Source: Planctomycetota bacterium (lineage in GTDB: Bacteria > Planctomycetota > Phycisphaerae > UBA1845). Taken from it: a DNA stretch of 64,000 bases. A model generated the notes under the pieces. That model was not told the DNA's origin. It was given only the letters and a program-made list of their open reading frames with translations, and did not search any database. The stretch spans positions 107 through 64,106 of the forward strand of contig JAJRPG010000051.1 in assembly GCA_024280855.1 (NCBI GenBank), read 5' to 3'. Below, one piece after another: positions 35,526-44,317 of the stretch. Position 1 is the stretch's first letter; every line of letters begins with the position of its first letter. A program made the translations under genes and the position numbers.

Positions 35526-35571
35526 ATTGGGGTGTGGATAGGACCGTCTTCCGGCTTATTTTCGTCATTTA

Positions 35572-37002
35572 TTGATTCACGTTGAAAATAGCGAAGTATT
35601 CCCTCATAATACGCCAACTGTATCGCACGGGCCTGTGGTCGCGGTAAGCGATTCGGTCGATCGACGAGGGATTTTGTTGCAGCATCAACGAACGATTAGC
35701 CAAGATGTTTTGTTATCCGGGCGAGGCCTGTTCACGGGCGACCCGGTTTCGGTTCGGCTGCGCCCTGGTGAACCGCATACGGGGATATGGTTTGTGCGTA
35801 CCGATCAGTCCCCGCCAATGCGGATAGCGGCTAAGGTAGAAAATGTTATCAAGCGTGCGCGTCGAACCGTGATAGAAAGCGGGGCTGTGGCAATTGAAAC
35901 GGTGGAGCATTTTCTGGGGGCGCTGTCGGGTCTTGGTATTGATAATGCGCTCATCGAAATTGACGCCCATGAATTGCCTGGCGTGGATGGTAGCTGCATG
36001 CCGTTCGTGGAGTCTATTAAAGAGGCTGGATTGCAGCAGCAAGATGCGTTTCGTGATCCTTGTGTCATCAGTGAGCCTGTGCGGGTGGTTGACGGAGATG
36101 CGGAGTTGGTTGCGTTGCCGCTATTGGATGGCGATGCCGAGTTATTGCATATTGCGTATGAGCTAGATTATGGCGATGGGAATCCGATTGGGGCGCAAAG
36201 CTATCGCGTATCGGTGACGCCGGAGCGTTTTATTGCTGACATCGCGCCGGCACGAACCTTTGTGCTGAAATCTGAAGCGGATCAATTACATTCGGCTGGA
36301 TTGGGTGTTCACCTTTCGTATCAAGACATTTTGGTTTTTGGCGATGATGGCCCGATTGATAATCCGCTTCGTTATACGAATGAATGTGTGCGACACAAAA
36401 TTTTAGACCTTATCGGCGATTTGTCGTTGTTGGGTCGGCCAATTGTCGGTCGTGTGCTAGCTAGGAAAAGTGGGCACGCACTAAATCATCAATTGGTTCG
36501 AGCTATTATCGCGCAGAGCGATGCCGTTAAGTCCCGCGATGGTGAGGGGCGTCAATCCGTTATTGATGTTCATCAAATACAACGAATTTTACCTCATCGA
36601 TATCCGTTCCTCATGGTCGATCGGATCATTGAAATTCAGGGGCTTACGAAGGTGGTTGGGGTGAAGAATGTGACGTCTAATGAGCCTTTTTTTCAGGGGC
36701 ATTATCCCGGCGACCCGATTATGCCTGGCGTGTTGATTGTGGAGGCGTTGGCTCAGGTTGGGGGTATTCTGCTGAGTCAGGCATTGGAGCATAAGGGTAA
36801 GGTAGCTGTGTTGTTGGGGTTGGATAAGGTAAAGTTTCGTCGTCCGGTTCGTCCTGGCGATCAGTTGATTTTGGAAGTTGAAGCTATTCGTGTGCGACCG
36901 ACGTCGGGGCATGTGAAGGGGCGTGCCCTGGTGAATGGTGAAATCGCGGCGGAAGCGGAAATTAAATTTATGCTAGCTGATTCGGGCAAGCGATATAATT
37001 AG
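35572..37002 (+). CDS. lpxC-fabZ: Bifunctional LpxC deacetylase / FabZ dehydratase fusion (true start probably downstream of the TTG at 35572)
   Basis: The LpxC part has QRTISQDVLLSGRGLFTG, TVEHFLGALSGLGIDN and HKILDLIGDL. The FabZ part has LPHRYPFLMVDRIIE, FFQGHYPGDPIMPGVLIVEALAQ and KFRRPVRPGDQL. Confidence 0.9.
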   Translation: MIHVENSEVFPHNTPTVSHGPVVAVSDSVDRRGILLQHQRTISQDVLLSGRGLFTGDPVSVRLRPGEPHTGIWFVRTDQSPPMRIAAKVENVIKRARRTVIESGAVAIETVEHFLGALSGLGIDNALIEIDAHELPGVDGSCMPFVESIKEAGLQQQDAFRDPCVISEPVRVVDGDAELVALPLLDGDAELLHIAYELDYGDGNPIGAQSYRVSVTPERFIADIAPARTFVLKSEADQLHSAGLGVHLSYQDILVFGDDGPIDNPLRYTNECVRHKILDLIGDLSLLGRPIVGRVLARKSGHALNHQLVRAIIAQSDAVKSRDGEGRQSVIDVHQIQRILPHRYPFLMVDRIIEIQGLTKVVGVKNVTSNEPFFQGHYPGDPIMPGVLIVEALAQVGGILLSQALEHKGKVAVLLGLDKVKFRRPVRPGDQLILEVEAIRVRPTSGHVKGRALVNGEIAAEAEIKFMLADSGKRYN

Positions 37003-37018
37003 CGGAGAAGTGTAACTC

Positions 37019-38116
37019 GTGAGTGTTCATCCTCAAGCTGTGATAGAATCGGGCGCGAAGCTCGGACGAGATGTGATTGTTGGCCCGTTGGCATATATCG
37101 GCCCGCATGTGGTGATTGGTGACGGTTGTCATATTCATCATCACGCGACGGTCGAAGGCCATACGACGCTTGGCGAAAACTGCGAAGTGTTTCCGCAGGC
37201 GGTCCTTGGCGCACCGCCTCAAGATGTTAAGTATGAAGGTGAGCCTACGACGCTTGAAATTGGCTCGAATAATGTATTTAGAGAAATGGTCACCTGTCAT
37301 CCGGGCACCGCGAATGGCGGCGGGGTGACTAAAATTGGTAGCCATAATCTCTTTCTCGTTGGTGCGCACATCGCGCACGACTGCACGATTGGTAGCCATT
37401 GCATTTTCGCTAACTACGTTCAGTTCGCGGGTCATGTTCATGTGGAAGACTATGTGAACATGGGTGGTCATAGTGCGGTCCATCATTTTGTGACAGTTGG
37501 TAGGCACGCATTTGTTGGCGGCATGACGCGCGTGCCTGCGGATGTGCCTCCGTTTATGATCGTTGTGGCTGCGCGGGGGACACGGTCGGAAATTCGCATG
37601 GTTAATGGGGTTGGTCTTGAGCGGTGCGGGTTTAGCCATGAAGATGTGGGGGCGCTTAAAGCGGCGTACTTAAAAATATTCTCACGACGCGCGAGGCTTA
37701 CAAAAACTTCGATTCGTGACCGTGTTGAGGTGATGCTTGAAACGTCTGATTTGAATGAACACGTTAAATATCTGTGCGATTCGCTGATGCGTTCATTTGC
37801 ACATGGTAGGCATGGCCGATACTTGGAGTCGCTGCGAAAAGACCCGGTGCGTCGCTCATCCTGGAAGCTGAGTCGAGAGGATAAACAGTCTGGCTCTGGT
37901 GAAGGCCTGACGGTTGATGTTGTGGGCGATGGCCAAGTGACCAAAGTTAGTACTGGGAAACGCGATCAAGGTGATGTGTTGCAACTGACGGCGAAGGCGG
38001 CGACTGGCTGGTCTTTTAGCGGTTGGAATGGCAATCTTTCCGGTGATACCAATCCTGTAGATGTCGTGTTGGACGGTCCTAAGCGGGTGACCGCTACGTT
38101 TACTAAACATGTCTGA
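37019..38116 (+). CDS. lpxA: Acyl-ACP:UDP-GlcNAc O-acyltransferase LpxA with an extra C-terminal beta-domain of about 70 aa
   Basis: GTG start, then VHPQAVIESGAKLG and hexapeptide repeats, and an LpxA C-terminal helical domain (GLERCGFSHEDVGALKAAY). About 100 additional residues end in an InlB-B-repeat-like segment. Confidence 0.88.
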   Translation: MSVHPQAVIESGAKLGRDVIVGPLAYIGPHVVIGDGCHIHHHATVEGHTTLGENCEVFPQAVLGAPPQDVKYEGEPTTLEIGSNNVFREMVTCHPGTANGGGVTKIGSHNLFLVGAHIAHDCTIGSHCIFANYVQFAGHVHVEDYVNMGGHSAVHHFVTVGRHAFVGGMTRVPADVPPFMIVVAARGTRSEIRMVNGVGLERCGFSHEDVGALKAAYLKIFSRRARLTKTSIRDRVEVMLETSDLNEHVKYLCDSLMRSFAHGRHGRYLESLRKDPVRRSSWKLSREDKQSGSGEGLTVDVVGDGQVTKVSTGKRDQGDVLQLTAKAATGWSFSGWNGNLSGDTNPVDVVLDGPKRVTATFTKHV

Positions 38117-39157
38117 GTGGAAATTATGAAGCAATTATCTGGCAAGCCCTTGCGGGTGGCTGTTATTGGTGCGGGTCATATGGGCCGTCATCATGCGCGT
38201 ATTTATGGTGAATTAGATAGCTGCGAACTCGTGGCTATTGTAGATAAAGATATTGAGCGGGCGAAGAAGTTTGTCGAGCAGTACGGAGGCAAGGCTTACG
38301 AGAGCGTGGCTGATATTGTTGGTCTTGTAGATGCCGTGACAGTGGCAGTTCCGACGGTCTATCACGCGGATGTAGCTATTGAGCTTATGTCTCATGGTGT
38401 GAATGTATTAGTAGAAAAGCCGCTCGCGCCGGATACGACAACCGCCAAGCAAATTGTTGATGCGGCTCACAAGTATGATTGCCTGTTGCAGGTTGGCCAT
38501 TCGGAGCGGTTTAATCCGGTGGTGCAAGCTATGCTGCGGATGAAAATTAAGCCGAAGTTTATCGAGACCGATCGTATTAGCCCATTTACTTTTCGTAGCG
38601 CTGATATTGGTGTGGTGTTCGATATGATGATTCACGATATTGATATTGTGTTACATCTTTTGAATCAGCGTGAGTATACGGTGGATGCTGTGGGCGTAGC
38701 TGTGTTGGGCGATTGCGAAGACGTGGCGAATGCGCGTATCCGTTTTCCGGATGGAACGACGGTTACGATGACGGCGTCGAGATTGGCGTTAAAGACCGAG
38801 CGAAAAATTCGTATCTTTTCGCCGTCGGCGTATTTGTCAATGGATTATCATAAGAAGTCGGGTGTAGCTGTGAAGCTCGATGATAATTTGAATCTGATAA
38901 AACTCGCACGCGAACGAAACTTTGAAGATTTGTCGCAGATGGCGGATATGGATTTCGGGTCCATGATGCAGATAGAGCCATTGGAGATAGACGATGTGGA
39001 GCCGCTTAAGGCGGAACTCGAATCTTTTCTTACCTCCGTTCGTGACGGGGAAGACGCTGCGGTCAGCGCGGAAGATGGATACGCAGCTGTGGAGATGGCT
39101 GAGCGAATTACGAATGCGATTAAGGCGCAGAATTGGGCGCCAGCACTAACGTCTTAG
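38117..39157 (+). CDS. Gfo/Idh/MocA-family NAD-dependent oxidoreductase (possible GnnA-like lipid A sugar dehydrogenase)
   Basis: N-terminal Rossmann motif RVAVIGAGHMGRHH and EKPLA and GHSERFNP blocks typical of the family. It directly abuts the lpxA stop. Confidence 0.75.
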   Translation: MEIMKQLSGKPLRVAVIGAGHMGRHHARIYGELDSCELVAIVDKDIERAKKFVEQYGGKAYESVADIVGLVDAVTVAVPTVYHADVAIELMSHGVNVLVEKPLAPDTTTAKQIVDAAHKYDCLLQVGHSERFNPVVQAMLRMKIKPKFIETDRISPFTFRSADIGVVFDMMIHDIDIVLHLLNQREYTVDAVGVAVLGDCEDVANARIRFPDGTTVTMTASRLALKTERKIRIFSPSAYLSMDYHKKSGVAVKLDDNLNLIKLARERNFEDLSQMADMDFGSMMQIEPLEIDDVEPLKAELESFLTSVRDGEDAAVSAEDGYAAVEMAERITNAIKAQNWAPALTS

Positions 39158-39282
39158 GGAAAAATTTAGACTTGGACGTTTGGAAAGATAAAGACTATTA
39201 TTCTCTCGCGATCACACCATCACGGTGTGAAGCTAGTGTGAAGCTGAAAAATTAAGCTTATTTCGACGGAGCAACGGACAAC

Positions 39283-40308
39283 ATGTCAGCAGCGAATAAC
39301 ATTGAAAAATTGGTCATCATCGGTTCAGGTCCAGCTGGTTGGACGGCGGCGTTATATGCGGCGCGAGCTAATCTTAGTCCGTTGGTTTATCCGGGAAGTG
39401 CGGTGAGCAAGGATTTGGTTCCGGGTGGGCAGTTAATGCTCACGACGGATGTCGAAAACTATCCAGGATTTCCAGAGGGTATCAATGGCCAGGAGATGAT
39501 GGATCTGTTTTTCAAGCAGGCGATGCGGTTTGATACGCGCGTCGTGACAAATGAAGGCATTGCGACGGAAGTGTCGGCTGGTCTTTATAGCCAATTTCAG
39601 GGCGTTACATCAATTGATTTATCGAAGCGGCCTTTTGCGATTAAGGGTGATGGCGGCTTCGACTGTCTTGCTCAAAGTGTCATCATTTCGACAGGGGCTA
39701 AGGCGAATTGGTTGGGGTTGGAAAATGAGATGCGACTAGCCCAGACCGGTGGGGGCGTGAGTGCGTGTGCGGTTTGCGATGGTGCGTTGCCGGTGTTTCG
39801 TGATAAGGTGTTAGCTGTGGTTGGCGGCGGTGATTCAGCTGTCGAAGAAGCGACTTATCTCACAAAATTTGCGTCGAAAGTTTATATGATTCATCGGCGT
39901 GACAAACTTCGTGCTTCAAAAATCATGGCTGATCGGGCGTTGGAAAATCCTAAGCTTGAAGTCTTGTGGAACAAAGGCGTTGTTGATGTGATTGGCGATA
40001 AATCGATTTCAGCCGTGAAGTTAAAAGATACCGTGACGGGCGAAGAGTCTACCGTTGAGCTGAGCGGATTGTTCATGGCTATTGGTCATACGCCTTCGTC
40101 TGATTTTCTTGATGGACAGCTTGAACTCGATGCGAAGAAATATATTAAGCTAGCTGACCCCTATCGATCTACGACTAGCGTGGAAGGCATTTTCGCGGCG
40201 GGTGATTGTGTGGATAGTGTTTATCGTCAGGCGATTACAGCTGCGGGGATGGGATGTAAGGCGGCGATTGATGCGGAGCGGTGGTTGGCGGACCAAGGCA
40301 TTGAGTAA
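39283..40308 (+). CDS. trxB: Thioredoxin-disulfide reductase
   Basis: FAD motif IIGSGPAGWTAA, redox-active CAVCDG, NADPH motif VVGGGDSAVEEA, and the C-terminal GIFAAGDC...RQAITAAGMGC block. Confidence 0.93.
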   Translation: MSAANNIEKLVIIGSGPAGWTAALYAARANLSPLVYPGSAVSKDLVPGGQLMLTTDVENYPGFPEGINGQEMMDLFFKQAMRFDTRVVTNEGIATEVSAGLYSQFQGVTSIDLSKRPFAIKGDGGFDCLAQSVIISTGAKANWLGLENEMRLAQTGGGVSACAVCDGALPVFRDKVLAVVGGGDSAVEEATYLTKFASKVYMIHRRDKLRASKIMADRALENPKLEVLWNKGVVDVIGDKSISAVKLKDTVTGEESTVELSGLFMAIGHTPSSDFLDGQLELDAKKYIKLADPYRSTTSVEGIFAAGDCVDSVYRQAITAAGMGCKAAIDAERWLADQGIE

Positions 40309-40341
40309 AGATAAATTTCGACTACTAAGATTTAAGACCAC

Positions 40342-40361
40342 GGGTAAGCTGGGGCTTACCC
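40342..40361. terminator. Short hairpin between convergent trxB and the GT-C-like gene (weak terminator candidate)
   Basis: GGGTAAGC-tggg-GCTTACCC is a perfect 8-bp stem. There is no strong U-tract on either strand. Confidence 0.3.
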
Positions 40362-40376
40362 ATGCCACCCGGCGTC

Positions 40377-42443
40377 TTACATGCTTTTTACTGGTTCGAT
40401 TTCATATAGCGTGATGTATCGCTCGGCATTCGCTGGGTGATCGAAATCCTTTAATACATGCAAGCCATGAGGTAATAAACGTTCGAATAGTGAATGCGTA
40501 ATTTCTTCAGCGAAGCCATAACTTTTTCTTAGTCGCAAAATTTCCGACCAGTTGACCAGGACATGGGTGTACGAATTTTCGCGCAGCCAATTGACGATGG
40601 CTTCGTCTGTATTGGTCAGGATTATTTTTGCGAAATCGCTCTGATTAAATACCACGCAATAATCGACTTCCCGACGAATGTAATACGCCTTGGCGTCACC
40701 GACCATGAGTATTTTAGCTGGGGTTGGTAAATCGTGGTTGATTGTTTTTAGATATTCAAAGCCGGGGAGTTGGCCATCATAGAAAATTGAAGGTGGTGCA
40801 CCGTTTGGTCCTTCATTGGCTATCAATTTTCCACTGAAATAGCCGCTGAACACGCAGCCCAGAGTCAACATGGTGAATACGGCCGCTCGAACAGAAATGG
40901 ATTTTGTTTCTTTGAGTATGCTTCCGGTGAGTAGCGTTAATGGGATTAGCAGCACGACCGCAAAACGCGCGTAAAGGTGGGTGGCGAACAGCCACACGGT
41001 TAGTTGCGCCGCTAATAGAAAAAGTAAAAACGCATCTTCGCGTTGCCATCGACGTAGTGCCAGGCCTGCGACAGCTAGTATCATGATGGCAGGCCCGAAG
41101 CGATGTTTCTCATCTGCAATGACGCGATGCCATAAGGCTGAAAGCTTTGCGGAAACGGTTTGTTCATGTTGCTGAGGCTGATGACCTGCGTTCCATTTTT
41201 CATCAGCCGTATCTGACCATCCATCCGGCTGGGCGTGAAACGTGTTGTTCATAAGTGGAAAGACCGGGTTGCCGGTGGCTAAAGTATTTTTTATAAGCCA
41301 GGGGGAAAGGGTCAAGATGGTAGCCAATGAGAATACGCAGGCAAAACTTAGTCGGCGAACCATAGTTGTGAATGGCGTAACGAGTGCGGCCAAGCAAAGC
41401 GGCAGCGCGATCATTGGTCCTGCGGTGTATTTGCATCCGCACGCAAAGCCTGCGCATGCGCCAGCAAGCAGCCATAAACGCCATGGCTCTGTCGGGTGTT
41501 GATCGTGCGGACTATGTGGACGTATCGCGCGAAGTGTTAGGCCGGTCGCTACCATGCCAAAGAGTAGCAGTCCGCCTTCGTTGTAGGCTAACCCGCTTAA
41601 ATAAGGTATCCATCCGCAGGTTCCTAGGGCGACGGCTGCGACTGCGCCTGCTCTGGATGACCAGTCTTTTCCTATTACCCAGGCGGCGAACACGCTTAGC
41701 CAAAGTAAAGCGGCGTGAATGAAATTAGCCGTGACGCCGACGTCAACATCTTCGCCAAGAAGCATCATGGCTGAGAGATATAGCATTTCGACATTGGCTG
41801 GGAAGTTGGCGTAGACATTGTGTGGGCGATAGGAGATAACGCCTTCCGCGAGGTATTCTTTAGGTAGTTGCAAATGATATTCAAGAACGTCATAGCCAAA
41901 GCCCTCTTCCTGCCAGATAAGGCCCGGTGCATTCGCCGCAGCTAGTAACGACATGATGGCGAAAGGGCAGGTGAGTAGTAGTAACGCGCCAATAAATCTA
42001 GCGCTAATGTCGGGCGATGGCGGTTGGTTTTTGACAGGCCCAGATACTAGCCATAATTGTCTTGCGCGCACGACGCCAGCAGTCGTGAGGAGAATATAAA
42101 TGATTGTCCAGACAGGTTTATTGAGCAGGCTACACGCGCCGCTTAGTAAGATAGCCAATGATAACCCGCCCAGCCCGAATGAGGCTCCTAATAACAAGTG
42201 CCAACGTAGTGGCATATGTTCCAGTCGCGCGAGTCGCATCACCCACAGGCCTGCGAGCATAGGTGGGATGAGAATAATACCCGCAGATAATCCGTCGATA
42301 GCTAGGGATATTAAGGCGTAAGGAGAGGCGACACCTGTGCCGAATAATGTGATGGCTACGAATAAAATGGAAAACCGTAGTCGCCAGTTAGGCGTTATCG
42401 CAACGCCCGGATGATGAATTCGCTGCTGATGACGTCTGCTCAC
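40377..42443 (-). CDS. Large polytopic membrane protein, GT-C (ArnT/PMT-like) glycosyltransferase fold suspected
   Basis: 688 aa with at least 12 hydrophobic helices and then a soluble C-terminal domain of about 150 aa. An acidic loop motif (GYDVLEYH) follows the early helices, as in GT-C enzymes. Assigned by architecture only. Confidence 0.4.
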   Translation of the reverse strand: MSRRHQQRIHHPGVAITPNWRLRFSILFVAITLFGTGVASPYALISLAIDGLSAGIILIPPMLAGLWVMRLARLEHMPLRWHLLLGASFGLGGLSLAILLSGACSLLNKPVWTIIYILLTTAGVVRARQLWLVSGPVKNQPPSPDISARFIGALLLLTCPFAIMSLLAAANAPGLIWQEEGFGYDVLEYHLQLPKEYLAEGVISYRPHNVYANFPANVEMLYLSAMMLLGEDVDVGVTANFIHAALLWLSVFAAWVIGKDWSSRAGAVAAVALGTCGWIPYLSGLAYNEGGLLLFGMVATGLTLRAIRPHSPHDQHPTEPWRLWLLAGACAGFACGCKYTAGPMIALPLCLAALVTPFTTMVRRLSFACVFSLATILTLSPWLIKNTLATGNPVFPLMNNTFHAQPDGWSDTADEKWNAGHQPQQHEQTVSAKLSALWHRVIADEKHRFGPAIMILAVAGLALRRWQREDAFLLFLLAAQLTVWLFATHLYARFAVVLLIPLTLLTGSILKETKSISVRAAVFTMLTLGCVFSGYFSGKLIANEGPNGAPPSIFYDGQLPGFEYLKTINHDLPTPAKILMVGDAKAYYIRREVDYCVVFNQSDFAKIILTNTDEAIVNWLRENSYTHVLVNWSEILRLRKSYGFAEEITHSLFERLLPHGLHVLKDFDHPANAERYITLYEIEPVKSM

Positions 42444-42451
42444 GGCGGTAG

Positions 42452-42889
42452 CTATCCTTTGCGTCCGTATAGCACTTCTCTGGTTTTCATGAGGGCGATG
42501 AGTGCATGTTGGACGTGGTCGATGCGAAGTAGGTTAAGTGATGGCGACGTGCGAATGCCGCCAATGGCATCCTGGCGACTGCGAACAAAGTAAGCTTCGT
42601 CGTTGCGGAATTGTAGCTGCATGACAAAACGTACGGCTCGGCGCACGACTCTTTCGTAACGATTCACGCGGGCTTGGTCGCCTCGGCGATTGGCTAACGC
42701 GAGGGCATCGGCAAAACCTTCAAGGTAAGACGCCGTCGAGACGCCAACGCGATTGGTTTGATACGCTGCGATACCTCCCCAAAGCTCGGGCCAATCGCAG
42801 TTGTCACGGGTGAGTTGTTTACTGGCCAGCCAATCAGTCAACTCGAATACATAGTTATCGTAATCATCACGCTGCGTGTGCTTGGTCAT
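42452..42889 (-). CDS. Hypothetical protein; in frame with, and probably the C-terminal continuation of, 42902-44257
   Basis: It is in the same reading frame as the upstream ORF, separated only by a TAG (42902-42904) plus 4 codons. Confidence 0.4.
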   Translation of the reverse strand: MTKHTQRDDYDNYVFELTDWLASKQLTRDNCDWPELWGGIAAYQTNRVGVSTASYLEGFADALALANRRGDQARVNRYERVVRRAVRFVMQLQFRNDEAYFVRSRQDAIGGIRTSPSLNLLRIDHVQHALIALMKTREVLYGRKG

Positions 42890-42901
42890 TTGCGTAAAGG
42901 C

Positions 42902-44257
42902 CTACACCTGCCAGGGAACGAATGCCGGGCTGGGACGCTCACGGAAATAGGGCTTATAAAACTGTATAGCTTTGTTGAACGCGTCAAAAATTCGCTCGTC
43001 CGGATACTGCTGGTAATGCGTTGCCATAGCTAGGAGCGCTTCACCGGGGAAATAATCCTGCGCGGCGATAGACTCCGCCGGGGGGAACGCGGTAATAAAA
43101 AGTCCGGAAGGCCGTTGCAACCAAATCATGCCATTGATAAGTTTTTTTCGTACATCCAAAAAGCGATCCGCCTTAGGATGAGCCGCGAGCGCCTGGCAAA
43201 ATAGAGCTGTCACGCCAAGCTTGTGCAGCCCATCTGCCGTAGCGAGAAACGCGGCATTAGCTACATGGGGAATATCCGTGACGCCTTTCATGTGATAGCG
43301 AATAGCTATGTCTGCCGCCGCGATGGAAGCGCTTCTACCAGACCAGGTCGCGTAAGCAGCCATAGCTGAGGTCGCGCCGATCTGTCGCACGAGATTTTCT
43401 TCGTCGCTATAGCGGTCCATTGCCGGTTCGTATTGATAGGTGAATAAGCCGTTTGGCTTTTGACGATATACCAAATACGCGCCGAGTGATTCGATAACTT
43501 CGTCAAGTTTTTTCCGCGTGACTGCTTCTTGGGGGATAATTGTTAATCCCCGCGATAGTGACACAACCTCCGCGTCCTTGCGTGTTTGATACCAATGCAC
43601 CGTTCGAAAACGAAGAAGCGCCGTCTTGAGAACTTGGGACGGGTCTGAATGCGTAAGTTGAGCCAGGTTCTTGAGTGACTCTGACAACGTCATGTCACTG
43701 GTGAAAAGTTCTGTCGGAGAAAAACGGTGTTGAGATTGTTGACCGAGTAAAATCAGTCCGTCCAGGCCAGGCTCCACAAAAGCATCCAGTGCATGAGGCT
43801 GAGTCCAATCATCCTGGAAAGGGATGTCTACCGGGTCTCCGATGACCTCAATTTCCATGAGCAACCGATCGACCTGCGAGAGGTCTGTGACCTTGGACTT
43901 TTTCAATAGTTCAAAAGCCCCCAAAGCCGCGTCTCTCACAGCCAGGGAGATGGGCGCTTTAGCTCCGACACCCGCACAGAGCAGATAGCCATCTTGTCGC
44001 AATCGGATAATGACCTCGCGCTGCATGGATTGTAATCGTTTAGGAATATAGCCCGGTTCGTACATGCTTTTTTGAGCGTTTGCGTCGCTGATTGAGCGTC
44101 GGGCAATGCGTGAGAGGAATAGCTTTTCCGACGGGAACAATTGAGGTTGAACCGGTTCCGGTACGGGCTGAGTCGTCTGTCCATAGCTGCAAACTGGCAG
44201 CAGCAACATGGTGGAAAAGAAAATATATAGATGTCGTTTGTCGGTCATGTTACCCAA
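42902..44257 (-). CDS. Secreted hypothetical protein (451 aa) with a weak AMMECR1-like N-terminal region; terminated by an in-frame TAG
   Basis: Signal peptide MLLLPVCSYGQ. The segment EVIIRLRQDGYLLCAGVG...LLMEIEVIGDPVDIP loosely follows the AMMECR1 pattern. The remainder is helical-repeat-like. Confidence 0.45.
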   Translation of the reverse strand: MGNMTDKRHLYIFFSTMLLLPVCSYGQTTQPVPEPVQPQLFPSEKLFLSRIARRSISDANAQKSMYEPGYIPKRLQSMQREVIIRLRQDGYLLCAGVGAKAPISLAVRDAALGAFELLKKSKVTDLSQVDRLLMEIEVIGDPVDIPFQDDWTQPHALDAFVEPGLDGLILLGQQSQHRFSPTELFTSDMTLSESLKNLAQLTHSDPSQVLKTALLRFRTVHWYQTRKDAEVVSLSRGLTIIPQEAVTRKKLDEVIESLGAYLVYRQKPNGLFTYQYEPAMDRYSDEENLVRQIGATSAMAAYATWSGRSASIAAADIAIRYHMKGVTDIPHVANAAFLATADGLHKLGVTALFCQALAAHPKADRFLDVRKKLINGMIWLQRPSGLFITAFPPAESIAAQDYFPGEALLAMATHYQQYPDERIFDAFNKAIQFYKPYFRERPSPAFVPWQV

Positions 44258-44317
44258 CAGTATAGTGAACGTATAAAGGTGCTACAAATGTAACCGCCAA
44301 ACGAGGTAAGATAAGCC

